Below, in pieces: positions 46,685-55,507 of a stretch of DNA of 64,000 nt (positions are counted from its first letter, which is position 1; each line of letters starts with the position of its first letter). Below the pieces are notes generated by a model that was given only the letters and a program-made list of their open reading frames with translations, was not told the DNA's origin and made no database searches. Origin of the DNA: an uncultured Chloroflexia bacterium (GTDB taxonomy: Bacteria; Chloroflexota; Limnocylindria; QHBO01). Position numbers and translations under genes: made by a program. Location: positions 12,164 to 76,163 of the forward strand of contig CAWIPT010000005.1 in assembly GCA_963838125.1 (NCBI GenBank), read 5' to 3'.

Positions 46685-47733
46685 TCAGGTCGCGGGCTTG
46701 TCCGCGACCGCCAGGCCGGCCTCCCCGATGAAGCGAAGGGCGAACGGCTGGCTGCGAGGCCGCAGTCCGGCGGCGGCCTGCCAGGCGCTCATCTCCTCAA
46801 GTGTCCACGTTCCCGACTCGCTCGTCATTCCGAAGTAGAGGTCGAAGAATGGCCCGGCCTGTACGCCGCGACCCGGACGAGGCCGGAGCGGCTCGAAGAT
46901 GACCATCCGGCCGCCGGGACGCAGCGCTTCGCTGGCCCGCGCGACGAGGGAGCGGTTCGTGGCTTCGTCGAAGTGGTGCACGAGGCTGAACATGATGATC
47001 AGGTCGTAGGCCTCCTGGCCGAGGTCATCGGTCAGGGCATCTCCGGCCTTGTGGACGACGCGGTCGCCCATGCCCTCCCGCGCCAGAATGGGCGCCGCCC
47101 GCTCGACGGCAGCCGGCAGATCGAACACGGTGGCACGCAGCTCGGGGTGGCGGCGACAGAGCAACACCGACCAGTAGCCGTGCGACCCGCCGATGTCGAG
47201 CATGTCGCGTGCACCCCTGGGCACCGGTATCAGGCGCGCGAGCCGAGGCCCCGCGATGTTGGCCTGGGCTCGCATCCCCACGCTGGTAGGCATCCCAGTC
47301 ATCGGTCGACATCGTGGCGTGGACGTCGACCGGGGTGCCGGATCGCAGGTACGCCTCCAGGCCCTCGATCCAGCGCCACTCCAGCCGCTTCATGAGGACC
47401 AGGTCCCGGATCCCGTCGCGGTGCGTCGCTCACCATCCAGCGGGCGGTGCTCTTGGCGAGCTGGTATCTGCCATCGCGGAACCGGAGGTAACGCATGCTG
47501 ACCAGCAGGTTCAGCAGCCGCTCGGTGGCGCGTGGATCGGTCGCGCAGGCGGACGCCACCTCGGCCGCGGACAGGCTGCCCGTACCGATGGCGTCGAACA
47601 CCCCGAGCTCGGTGGCCGCCACGATGGCCCGGGCATACAGCGGCGCGTAGGTCTCGGTCCAGGCCGGCGGCGGGAACCCGGTGGCCAGTCCAATCCGGTC
47701 GAGAAGGTTCTCGGGAATCAGGCCGAGCCGCAT
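46685..47733 (-). pseudogene. O-methyltransferase (Methyltransf_2 with N-terminal dimerisation/wHTH domain), two frameshifts as sequenced (~47418, ~47278)
   Basis: N-terminal domain (AATELGVFDAIG..LSAAEVA..ERLLNLLVSMRYL) is in ORF 47299..47733. Middle section (DGIRDLVLMKRLEWRWIEGLEAYLRSG) is in ORF 47025..47393. Catalytic domain (MLDIGGSHGYW..VFDLP..GDALTD..YDLIIMFSLVHHF) is in ORF 46685..47302. Confidence 0.7.
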
Positions 47734-47792
47734 GGACCGATGGTATGCGCCGAGCGAGTAGCCGATGGGGCGTATGCAACCATGCCATCGGA

Positions 47793-48856
47793 ATGCGGCT
47801 GGACGACGTCATCACGGCGGTCGATGCCCATGCGGGAGGGGAACCGGGCCGGGTGATCGTCGGCGGGGTCCACGACGTGCCGGGCGCGACCATGCTCGAG
47901 AAGCGGAACCACCTGGCCGAGCACGGCGACCACCTCCGCCGGCTCATGCTCCGCGAGCCGCGCGGCTACCCGGCCTCCTGCTGCAACCTCGTCCTGCCGC
48001 CCACCTTGCCGGAGGCCGACGCCGGGTTCGTGATCATGGAGCAGGCCGAGTACCCGGCCATGAGCGGCTCGAACACGATCTGCACCGCGACGGTGCTCAT
48101 CAACGAGGGGCTGGTGACCGTCACCGAGCCGACGACCGAGCTCACGCTCGAGGCCCCGGCCGGGCTCATCCGGGTCACGGCCGACGTCCGCGAGGGGAAG
48201 GCGCGCTCCATCACGTTCGAGAACGTGCCCGCCTTCGCCGTGCATCTCGACAAGGCGGTTGAGGTGCCGGAGATCGGGACGATCACGGTGGACGTGGCGT
48301 GGGGCGGGATGTTCTACGCGCTCGTCGAGGCGGCGTCGCTGGGGCTGAAACTCACGCCGGACGAGGGGCGGGATATCGTTCGGCTGGGGGAGATGGTGAA
48401 GGCCGCCGCGCGGGAGCAGCTCCCCGTCGCCCACCCGAGATGCCCGAGCTGGCGGGGATCAGCATCATCGAGCTCACCGGCCCGCCCACCGTCCCGGGCG
48501 CCCACGCCAAGAACACGGTGGTGGTCAGCAGCGGAACGCTGGACTGGTCACGGCCGGAGTCGTTCACCGGCGTCCTGGACCGCTCCCCGTGTGGCACCGG
48601 GACCTGTGCCCGGATGGCCGTCCTCCATGCCCGCGGGCAGCTGGCCATCGGTCAGGACTTCGTCCACGAGGGGATCCTGGGCACCACCTGGACCGGTCGC
48701 CTGCTGCGCGAGACCCGGGTTGGCGAATACCCGGCGGTCGTGCCACAGCTGACCGGATCGGCGTGGATCACCGGTCGCGCCGAGTACGTCGTCGACGAGG
48801 CGGACCCCTTCCCTGCCGGCTTCACGGTGGGCGACCTGTGGGGCCTGAGCGACTAG
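47793..48856 (+). CDS. Proline racemase / hydroxyproline epimerase-dehydratase family protein; frameshifted near 48435 as sequenced
   Basis: VDAHAGGEPGRVIVGG start and the C-terminal catalytic motif DRSPCGTGTCARMA. N-terminal half is in ORF 47532..48752 and C-terminal half in ORF 48299..48856, joining at AHPE|MPELAGISIIE. Confidence 0.75.
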
Positions 48857-49131
48857 CAGACGGGCAGGTTCTCGAGCTCGAACGCGGGAGCGTCTTCCGA
48901 ATCGGTCGCGATGTATGTCTCAACGCCGCAGTCGGGCGACGGGCACCGGCGGGCGGTGCGGATACGCGCCCGCGGACCGTCGTTGCCGACCCACCACTGC
49001 TCGCCCAGCTCGATCCGGCTCGCCACGTCGTCCCGCGAGAAATACACGCGTTCGGCGGTGCAGACGCCGGCAATGTGCTCATGCGTCCCGTCGGCTGCCA
49101 GGACCCATCGGACCCCCCTCACCTGCGGCAT
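48853..49131 (-). CDS. DUF3892-domain protein
   Basis: HIAGVCTAER..SRDDVASRIELGEQWWVG..ARIRTA ... C-terminal LENLPVC matches the DUF3892 pattern. Start chosen at MPQVRGVRW. Confidence 0.6.
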   Translation of the reverse strand: MPQVRGVRWVLAADGTHEHIAGVCTAERVYFSRDDVASRIELGEQWWVGNDGPRARIRTARRCPSPDCGVETYIATDSEDAPAFELENLPVC

Positions 49132-49199
49132 GTGTCTCCCGTGGACTCGGCAATGGCTCAATGCCCCCCTGGAGTTGGCGCCGGCCGACTCCTGGCCGG

Positions 49200-49277
49200 C
49201 GCCGGGTGCAGTATCGCATATTTCTATACTGGCTGTCTAGTATACGAACTGATAATATACGGCGCCATGTCCGCAGC
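49200..49277. promoter_or_regulatory. Candidate divergent promoter/TetR operator region
   Basis: AT-rich spacer with the inverted repeat TATACT-n8-AGTATA and a GATAAT -10-like hexamer just upstream of the TetR start. Confidence 0.3.
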
Positions 49278-49858
49278 ATGGCACGGCGAGGGGGCGTCCA
49301 CGCGACCCGGCGCTGGATGCGCGGATCCTCCGTGCTGCCACTGCCACCCTGCGCGAGCGCGGTGTGGACGGGACCACCGTCAATGCCGTCGCACGGCGCG
49401 CGGGCGTGGCGCGGGCCACGATCTACCTGCGCTACCCCAGTCGGGATCTCCTCATCACCGCGGCCGTTCGGGCGGCCATCGGCCGTGAGCCGATCCACGG
49501 CTCCGGCGACCTCGAGCGCGACCTGCACCGAACTGCCGAGCAGGCGCGGGCCATCTTCTCGTCGCGGCCCTTCCAACGCTTGCTGCCCCGGCTGATCGAG
49601 GGTCTCCTCCAGCCCAGGAACTCCCCGACGGCCATCACCTACGACCTGCTCGCGCCGAATCGCAGGTTGCTCGCCGACGAGTATCGCGAGCTGGCGGCGT
49701 CAGCCGGATTCCGGACCGATGTCGACCCGGAGTCGGTGTTCGACCTGATCGTCGGACCGATCCTGAACCACCTGCTGGTCACCGGCCGTGCCCCATCGGC
49801 CGACGAGGTGGATGCCATGGTCGACGTGCTCGTCAGGGGACTGCGAACCCGCAGCTAG
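49278..49858 (+). CDS. TetR/AcrR-family transcriptional regulator; frameshifted in a G-run near 49292 as sequenced
   Basis: MARRG(G)RPRDPALDARILRAATATLRERGVDGTTVNAVARRAGVARATIYLRYPSRDLL gives a complete TetR HTH once one G of GGGGG (49289-49294) is removed. The remainder equals ORF 49364..49858. Confidence 0.75.
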
Positions 49859-49884
49859 CGCTGCTTCCGCTACCCTCGAGCCAC

Positions 49885-50274
49885 GTGTTCGAGGCGCTCG
49901 ATTTCGTCTACATGCCCAGCCGCGACGCGGCGGCCGATGCTCGGTACTTCACCGAGACGCTGGGCGCCGAGCTGGTCTTCGCCGTCGAAGGCATGGGCAC
50001 GCGGGTGGCGATGGTCGCGCTGACCCCCGACGCGCCACGGATCCTGCTGGCCGAGCACCTGGAGGGCGAACGTCCCGTCCTCGTCTACCGGGTCCCGGAC
50101 CTCGACGTGGCCATGACCGAGCTGAAGGCTCGCGGCTGGACCCTGGGCCACACCCTGGAGATCCCGTTCGGGCCGGTGGCGACCTTCGTCGCGCCCGGCG
50201 GACATCGGCTCGCGATCTACGAACGGGTGCGCCCGGACGCCGAGACCTTCTTCTCTGGTCGCCGCGATTTCTGA
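49885..50274 (+). CDS. VOC-family (glyoxalase/bleomycin-resistance fold) protein
   Basis: 129 aa. Beta-alpha-beta-beta-beta module pattern with HLAIYE near the C-terminus. Confidence 0.6.
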   Translation: MFEALDFVYMPSRDAAADARYFTETLGAELVFAVEGMGTRVAMVALTPDAPRILLAEHLEGERPVLVYRVPDLDVAMTELKARGWTLGHTLEIPFGPVATFVAPGGHRLAIYERVRPDAETFFSGRRDF

Positions 50275-50294
50275 CGTTCCGGAGTCGGCGGCCC

Positions 50295-51047
50295 TCAGGC
50301 GGACGGCGGCGGGTTCAGGACCGCGGCGTGGGGCGAAAGGGCGAGCGCTGACCGCAGCATGACGGCGTACACCGCGGCGGTGACGAACAGGACCACGACC
50401 CCGAGGAAGATGTCCGTGCTGACCGCCGTGTTGTAGGCGGCGTGGAAGGCGGCCGCGATCAGGATGCCGATCAGCAGCCCGGAGCGCCGGCCAAAGCCAA
50501 ACCGCTTGGCGGAGTAGCAGTAGCCGATGATCCCGGTCCACAGGCCATGGCCCATGGTCACGGTCAGGGCCCGGAGCGGCGCCGTGAACAGGAACGCTTC
50601 CGCGAACGCGGCCGACTCTCCGCTCGGCAGGACCTCGGCGTAGGTGCCCACGATGTACAGCACCGTCTCGACCGCGCCGAAGCCCAGCCCCAGGCTGGTG
50701 AAGTAGATCATCGGGTCCGCCGGCTCGTCGACGTCCACCTCGCGCTTGGCCCGGAAGGCGGCCAGCTCGCCCTTGATGAGCTCCTCGGGAAGGCCGGCGA
50801 GGAGGAACATCAGCAGGAACAGACCGATGATCCCCTCCTCGGGGATGCCAAGTCCCTCGACGAAGGGCAGGACGAAGAGTCCGAGGATGATCGCCAGCGG
50901 CACCGCGAGCAGACCACCCATGGCGAAGAAGATCAGGACCGCGCGGGTCGGCTCCCGTTCGTATCGGTCACGGGTCCAGAAGAACGCGAGCCACAGCAGG
51001 GCCGGGATGAAGGCGGCCAGGATCGCCAGCAGCCACGGCTCGTCCAT
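50295..51047 (-). CDS. PrsW-family intramembrane metalloprotease
   Basis: ALLWLAFFWTRDRYEREP, PEELIKG (EExxK) and the HGLWTGIIGY motif. About 7 TM segments. Confidence 0.8.
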   Translation of the reverse strand: MDEPWLLAILAAFIPALLWLAFFWTRDRYEREPTRAVLIFFAMGGLLAVPLAIILGLFVLPFVEGLGIPEEGIIGLFLLMFLLAGLPEELIKGELAAFRAKREVDVDEPADPMIYFTSLGLGFGAVETVLYIVGTYAEVLPSGESAAFAEAFLFTAPLRALTVTMGHGLWTGIIGYCYSAKRFGFGRRSGLLIGILIAAAFHAAYNTAVSTDIFLGVVVLFVTAAVYAVMLRSALALSPHAAVLNPPPSA

Positions 51048-51116
51048 GCTCGCGGCAGTGTATGTGCCGCGTCAGCCTGCTCGAGGGCCGCAGCCGAGCC
51101 AACGGCCCCCTGCAGG

Positions 51117-51515
51117 TCAGCCCCGGCCGGAGCTCGCGATGACGTGGTCGAGCTCGATGACGAAGATCTCGCGTGGACGCTCCCGGAATCGGTACGGCTG
51201 GCCCGTGTACCGCATCGACATCTTGTCGATGAACGCGAGGCCTTCGTCCGGGCGGACCTCGACCACTCGGCCTCGGGCGACGACATACCGCCAGTCGCTG
51301 GTCCGATCCACCACGGAGACGGTGGTCGCCGGGTTGCGGCGCCAATGGGCCGCCTTCATGGACCCGACCATGGAGCTCGTCAGCAGGTGCTCGCCGTCGT
51401 AGTCGATCCACATCAGGTAGTGGGCCATGGAGCCGTCCTTGCGGATGGCGGACACGTGCCCGAGCCCGTTCGTCGTCACCAGGTCGAGGAGATCGTCGGG
51501 AATCGAGCCTGCCAT
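51117..51515 (-). CDS. PPOX-class (pyridoxamine 5'-phosphate oxidase-like) probable F420-dependent enzyme
   Basis: 132 aa split beta-barrel pattern: GHVSAIRKDGSMAHYLMWIDYDGEHLL..K..N...NP.TTVSVVD. Confidence 0.65.
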   Translation of the reverse strand: MAGSIPDDLLDLVTTNGLGHVSAIRKDGSMAHYLMWIDYDGEHLLTSSMVGSMKAAHWRRNPATTVSVVDRTSDWRYVVARGRVVEVRPDEGLAFIDKMSMRYTGQPYRFRERPREIFVIELDHVIASSGRG

Positions 51516-51521
51516 TGAGAG

Positions 51522-51998
51522 CTACTCCACCATGTACTGGTCGTGGCTGGCGAGGAACGCGGTCCGCTCAGCGCCCTCGAGCTTGACGCCGGCCAGGCGC
51601 ATCTCGTCGAGCGCGATGAAGTAGCGCTCCCGAGCGAAGCCGGGGGCGAACAGGATGAGCAGTGAGGCGGGCTCGTCGGCGTCGTTGCTGAAGCCGTGGA
51701 TGCCGCCCTTGGGGACGTACAGGAAGTCCCCCGCGCTGGCCTCCACCCATTCGGTGCCGTCGTACAGCTGGACCGTGCCGCTGATGACGTAGAACGACTC
51801 GCTGAACGTCCGGTGGAAATGCGGATCCGCCCCGCCGCCCCGTGGCGTGATGTCGCGCCGGAACAGACCGAACTGGCGGCGGGTTACAGACCCCGGTGCC
51901 ACGAACAACGTGTCCCCTGTCGGTCCATGCAGTCCATCGACCACCGAGCTCGGTCGGTAGATGCCGCTGACCTCGCCGTGATCACCCTCGTACGACAT
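51522..51998 (-). CDS. Cupin-domain protein
   Basis: Start MSYEGDHGEV at 51998. Cupin motifs GGGADPHFHRTFSESFYVISG and GDFLYVPKGGIHGF. The upper part of ORF 51522..52538 is a different gene read through. Confidence 0.7.
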   Translation of the reverse strand: MSYEGDHGEVSGIYRPSSVVDGLHGPTGDTLFVAPGSVTRRQFGLFRRDITPRGGGADPHFHRTFSESFYVISGTVQLYDGTEWVEASAGDFLYVPKGGIHGFSNDADEPASLLILFAPGFARERYFIALDEMRLAGVKLEGAERTAFLASHDQYMVE

Positions 51999-52002
51999 GC
52001 CG

Positions 52003-52457
52003 CTACGACTCGGGTCGCCAGGAGGCGTATTTCGGCGGCCAGTCGTCGGCCGTCGGCCGCGCGCCAAGGATGGCGTGCGCGATGTCCAGCTCGAACAGCG
52101 GGTAATCGTCCGCCGGGCTGAACGGCCACCCGGCCACCGCCTGGGCACGGAGCTCGCCGTCGGCGACGGTACCGCCCGACCGCGGAGCAGGAACTCGTCG
52201 GGTGCGGCCGGGTCCTGGAAGGCATGGAGGGCATAGCGACCATCGGTCGTGAGGTCCTTCGCCTTGGCGGAGTGCCCCTGGGCGAAGACCAGCAGCCGGC
52301 CGGCCACGATCCCCACGTTCACGACGTGCATCCGCGGCAGGCCGGCGCCCGGCACGGTGGTCAGGAACGCCTCGCTGGCCCCTCCCCGGAACAGCGCCGC
52401 GTGGCCGCCCGTGGCAATCGCGGGAGCCGCTCGTTCGAACTCAGCCCAGCTCGCCAT
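52003..52457 (-). CDS. Pyridoxamine 5'-phosphate oxidase-like (split-barrel) protein; frameshifted near 52168 as sequenced
   Basis: MASWAEFERAAPAIATGGHALF...AFLTTV..GLPRMHVVNVGIVAGRLLVF..GRYALH..EFLLRGRAV | VADGELRAQAVAGWPFSPADDYPLFELDIAHAILGARPTADDWPPKYASWRPES*. The second part is only readable in another frame, with its stop at 52003-52005. Confidence 0.6.
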
Positions 52458-53049
52458 CACCCGCACGATAGCGGCTGCCCAGCAGACGAGCCATGACGAA
52501 GGCCCAGGCGGCGCCCAGCGCCAGCAGACCGATCCCACCGATCCACGTCCAACCGCTGTCCGTGCCTCCCCGAAGCACCCCGAACGCGAAGACCACGGCC
52601 AACAATCCCGCCGCGATCCCGAGCCAGCGACCGGTCTTCAGCCACGGACCGGCGAGCAGGTTCGCGCCGGCAATCCACAGACCGATGTAGCCGAGGGCCA
52701 GGCTCGCCACCGCGACGACGCCGGTGGCTGCGGTATCCCGGTCGATGGTCACCGTTCCCGCGATCACCAGCAGCTGGACGACGACAAAGGTCCCGACCGA
52801 CACCCAGCCCAGCGTCTGGGCCAGCTGCGCCATCCGGAGGGGCGTCCGACCGCCCAGCTCGTAGAACGCGAGCATCAACGGCGCGAGGGCCCCGATCATG
52901 ACCAGGAGGGCGATGTCGCTCGCCGCACCGCCCGGGTTTCCCGGCAATTGGCTGAGCCAGATCGAGGCCAGTCCCAGGACGCCGGCAGCGGCCACCACGT
53001 ATCCCGCCACGGAGCTGATCCGGGTGATGCGCGCGGTCCGATCGGTCAT
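52441..53049 (-). CDS. Hypothetical polytopic membrane protein
   Basis: 202 aa with 6 hydrophobic segments. No assignable family. Confidence 0.5.
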   Translation of the reverse strand: MTDRTARITRISSVAGYVVAAAGVLGLASIWLSQLPGNPGGAASDIALLVMIGALAPLMLAFYELGGRTPLRMAQLAQTLGWVSVGTFVVVQLLVIAGTVTIDRDTAATGVVAVASLALGYIGLWIAGANLLAGPWLKTGRWLGIAAGLLAVVFAFGVLRGGTDSGWTWIGGIGLLALGAAWAFVMARLLGSRYRAGDGELG

Positions 53050-53080
53050 GCACGCGGATTATCCCTGCGGGACGAGAACG

Positions 53081-53201
53081 TCCGGGACTGACGGCCCCGT
53101 CTGCGCCGCCAGCCCCGGTATCGAATCAGCTGGACCAACCGGAGGAGAGGACCCGGGACTGACGGCCCCTGCCGTGGACCGGCAGTCCCGGTATCAAATC
53201 A
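53081..53201. repeat. Two copies of a ~48-nt hairpin-containing intergenic repeat
   Basis: Units at 53081-53128 and 53152-53201 share CCGGGACTGACGGCCCC ... CCCGGTATC(G/A)AATCA. Each has an internal inverted repeat (CTGACGGC/GCCGCCAG; GGGACTGaCGG/CCGgCAGTCCC). Confidence 0.6.
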
Positions 53202-55070
53202 CCCGCCTTTCAGCTGGGCCACCTGGAGGGTGACCATCCGTCCCAGCAGCGACTCGCTGTCGAGGGAGTCCGGATCGGACACCGCCAGCTCACCGCTGAC
53301 CTCGAAGGTGAACGCGCCGTAGGTCACCGATGGGTTCTGGAACGAGGCCAGGTCGATGAACAGGCTCGCCGTGCCCGCGCCCTCGAGCGCCTCGGTCGTG
53401 ACGCCCAGGAGCTGGCCGGCGGCGTCGTACACCGTCACGGTGTAGTTCATCTCGTTGAGGCCAACCACGGCCAGCGACGGGTGGGACAGGGCAACCTTCA
53501 GGAACCTGGTGGTGGGGGCAACGGCCACCGCGTAGGTGCGCTGGTCGCTCCCGCCCACCGCCAGGCGCGGCGCGTCGTAGGTCCACAGGTCCGAGCGCAG
53601 GACCTTGAACCCGTCGGCCGCCAGGACTCGGGCATCGGCCTGGGTCTGCAGCCGGCCCAGGTCCTTCTTCCACGACACCTTGCGCACCAGGTTCACGGCC
53701 GCGTTCAGATCGACGTAGCCGTAGCCCACCTGCCAGAACGACAGCGCGCTGCCGTCGGCCGCGGCCACCGGAGTGGCCGTGGACTGCAGCACCTGGCGCA
53801 CCTGCTCAGGGGTGAGCGCGGGGTTGGCCTGCAGCAGCACTGCGGCGGCGCCCGCGACGTGGGGCGAGGCCATGCTCGTGCCGGAGGCGCTCCGGTTGGT
53901 GTACGGCGGGCAGGCGAGGACCGCCGTCCCGGCCGTGCTGCAGGTGGAGCTGATGCTCACGCCCGGCGCGGTAACGTCGGGGTGGTACACGCCGATCCGG
54001 TCGCCGGTGTACGCCGTGTATCCGCCGGCACCCACCTGGCCCGGCTGGGAGTTGTCGAACTGCAGCCCGTTCGAGCTGAAGCTGCCGCGGTGGTGGTCCA
54101 GCGAGCCGGCCGCCACCGAGATCACCCACGGCGCCTCGGAGAACGGGTTCAGGCTCATCTCCGCGTCGGTGTCGCCGCTGTTGCCGGCGGCGAAGACCAC
54201 GGTCACGCCCAGGTCGGCCACCGCCTTGGTGACGACGGCCACCGGGTCGCGCGGGTCGAACTGGCGGAACGAGTTGCCCCACGAGTTGTTGACCACGTCG
54301 ATGCCCCACAGGTCGGGCTGGTCGAGCATGTGGTCGTAGGCGGTCACCACCGCGGTGGTGAACAGGACCTCACCGATGGAGTAGCACACCAGCGACGCAT
54401 CGGGGGCGACGCCGAGCCGGCTGCCGTCCGCGGCGGTGGTGCTGTCGGCGGCGATGATGCCGGCCACGTGGGTGCCGTGCCCGCCACCGATATCGGTGTT
54501 CTGGTACGGGCCGGTCTCGTTGGCGATGACGATCGTGTTCGACCCGTCTGGCTTCACGTTGGCGTACTCGCCGCTGTACAGCTTCACGTTGTGGACGACG
54601 TGGTCGGCCAGGTCCGGGTGGCTGGCGTCGCAGCCACTGTCCACCACGCCCACCGTCACGCCCTGGCCGGTGAATCCGGCAGCTCGAGGCGCAGCTGCGC
54701 CCATGGCGTTGGACGAGGCGGTGTCGAACAGCTCGAGCGGCTCGTCGGGATAGACGTCGTTCGCCGCTCCAGTGCCGACCGCGGCCTGCAGGGAAGCGAC
54801 GGATCCCGCCACGACCGCCAGCGGCACGTTGTGCATGGGCTGGACGAACAGGCCCAGCCCCTTGAGGGCGGCCACCTGGACCGATGACGGGACGGTGTCG
54901 AAGGTCGCGATGCCCCGGATGACCCCCGCGCTGCCCGAGTAGGCCGCCAGCAGGCTGGTCAGCCCTGGGGTCTCCCCGACCGCCTGGGCCGAGCGAGGAC
55001 CGATGGGCGCGGCAGCCAGAACCAGCGCCAGGAGGACGGAACCGACGATCACGTGTCGGGAATGCATCAT
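53199..55070 (-). CDS. Secreted S8-family serine peptidase (second copy in window)
   Basis: Signal-like MMHSRHVIVGSVLLALVLAAAPIG with an AAGGAG RBS. Triad context VGVVDSGCDASHPDL / GGHGTHVAGI / SGTSMASPHVAGAAAVLL. About 190-aa C-terminal beta-rich extension. Confidence 0.85.
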   Translation of the reverse strand: MMHSRHVIVGSVLLALVLAAAPIGPRSAQAVGETPGLTSLLAAYSGSAGVIRGIATFDTVPSSVQVAALKGLGLFVQPMHNVPLAVVAGSVASLQAAVGTGAANDVYPDEPLELFDTASSNAMGAAAPRAAGFTGQGVTVGVVDSGCDASHPDLADHVVHNVKLYSGEYANVKPDGSNTIVIANETGPYQNTDIGGGHGTHVAGIIAADSTTAADGSRLGVAPDASLVCYSIGEVLFTTAVVTAYDHMLDQPDLWGIDVVNNSWGNSFRQFDPRDPVAVVTKAVADLGVTVVFAAGNSGDTDAEMSLNPFSEAPWVISVAAGSLDHHRGSFSSNGLQFDNSQPGQVGAGGYTAYTGDRIGVYHPDVTAPGVSISSTCSTAGTAVLACPPYTNRSASGTSMASPHVAGAAAVLLQANPALTPEQVRQVLQSTATPVAAADGSALSFWQVGYGYVDLNAAVNLVRKVSWKKDLGRLQTQADARVLAADGFKVLRSDLWTYDAPRLAVGGSDQRTYAVAVAPTTRFLKVALSHPSLAVVGLNEMNYTVTVYDAAGQLLGVTTEALEGAGTASLFIDLASFQNPSVTYGAFTFEVSGELAVSDPDSLDSESLLGRMVTLQVAQLKGG

Positions 55071-55161
55071 TCGCTCCTTAACGGGACGGAGGTCACCCGA
55101 TGGTGACACCCCGCGCAGTGGTGCTAGATGCGTGGGACTATAGACACCTCGGTCAGTGGTG

Positions 55162-55479
55162 TCAAGACCGGTAGCCCTGCGTACCTACGACCGCGCCGGC
55201 ATGGTCATCAAGGAGACCACGTTTCCCTGACGGATCAGTTCGGGCGAGAAACCACGTGCGGAACACTCGGTTCAGCACGGGCACGATCACATAGACAACG
55301 AGCGGGACCATCAACAGGGTCACCAGAAGCGTGCGAAGCGGTAGCGGCCACGTTTCCATCATCGGACCCAGCACGGCCAAGGTGAGGGTGAGGGCCGGGT
55401 AGACAGCGAGCCAGATGATCACTGCCTGCTTGTAGCGGGGCGGTCTGACGGGCGGCGAAGGTGCCGGCTCTTGGGTCAT
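55162..55479 (-). CDS. Small membrane protein (hypothetical)
   Basis: 105 aa. PRYKQAVIIWLAVYPALTL and a second TM segment (LLVTLLMVPLVVYVIVP). Confidence 0.45.
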   Translation of the reverse strand: MTQEPAPSPPVRPPRYKQAVIIWLAVYPALTLTLAVLGPMMETWPLPLRTLLVTLLMVPLVVYVIVPVLNRVFRTWFLARTDPSGKRGLLDDHAGAVVGTQGYRS

Positions 55480-55507
55480 GGCGAACCTCCGCGACTGAGA
55501 GCTGGGT

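Noticed and set aside
53481-54887. 468-aa plus-strand ORF
   Set aside because: It is antisense to the second S8 peptidase, which has an intact catalytic triad.
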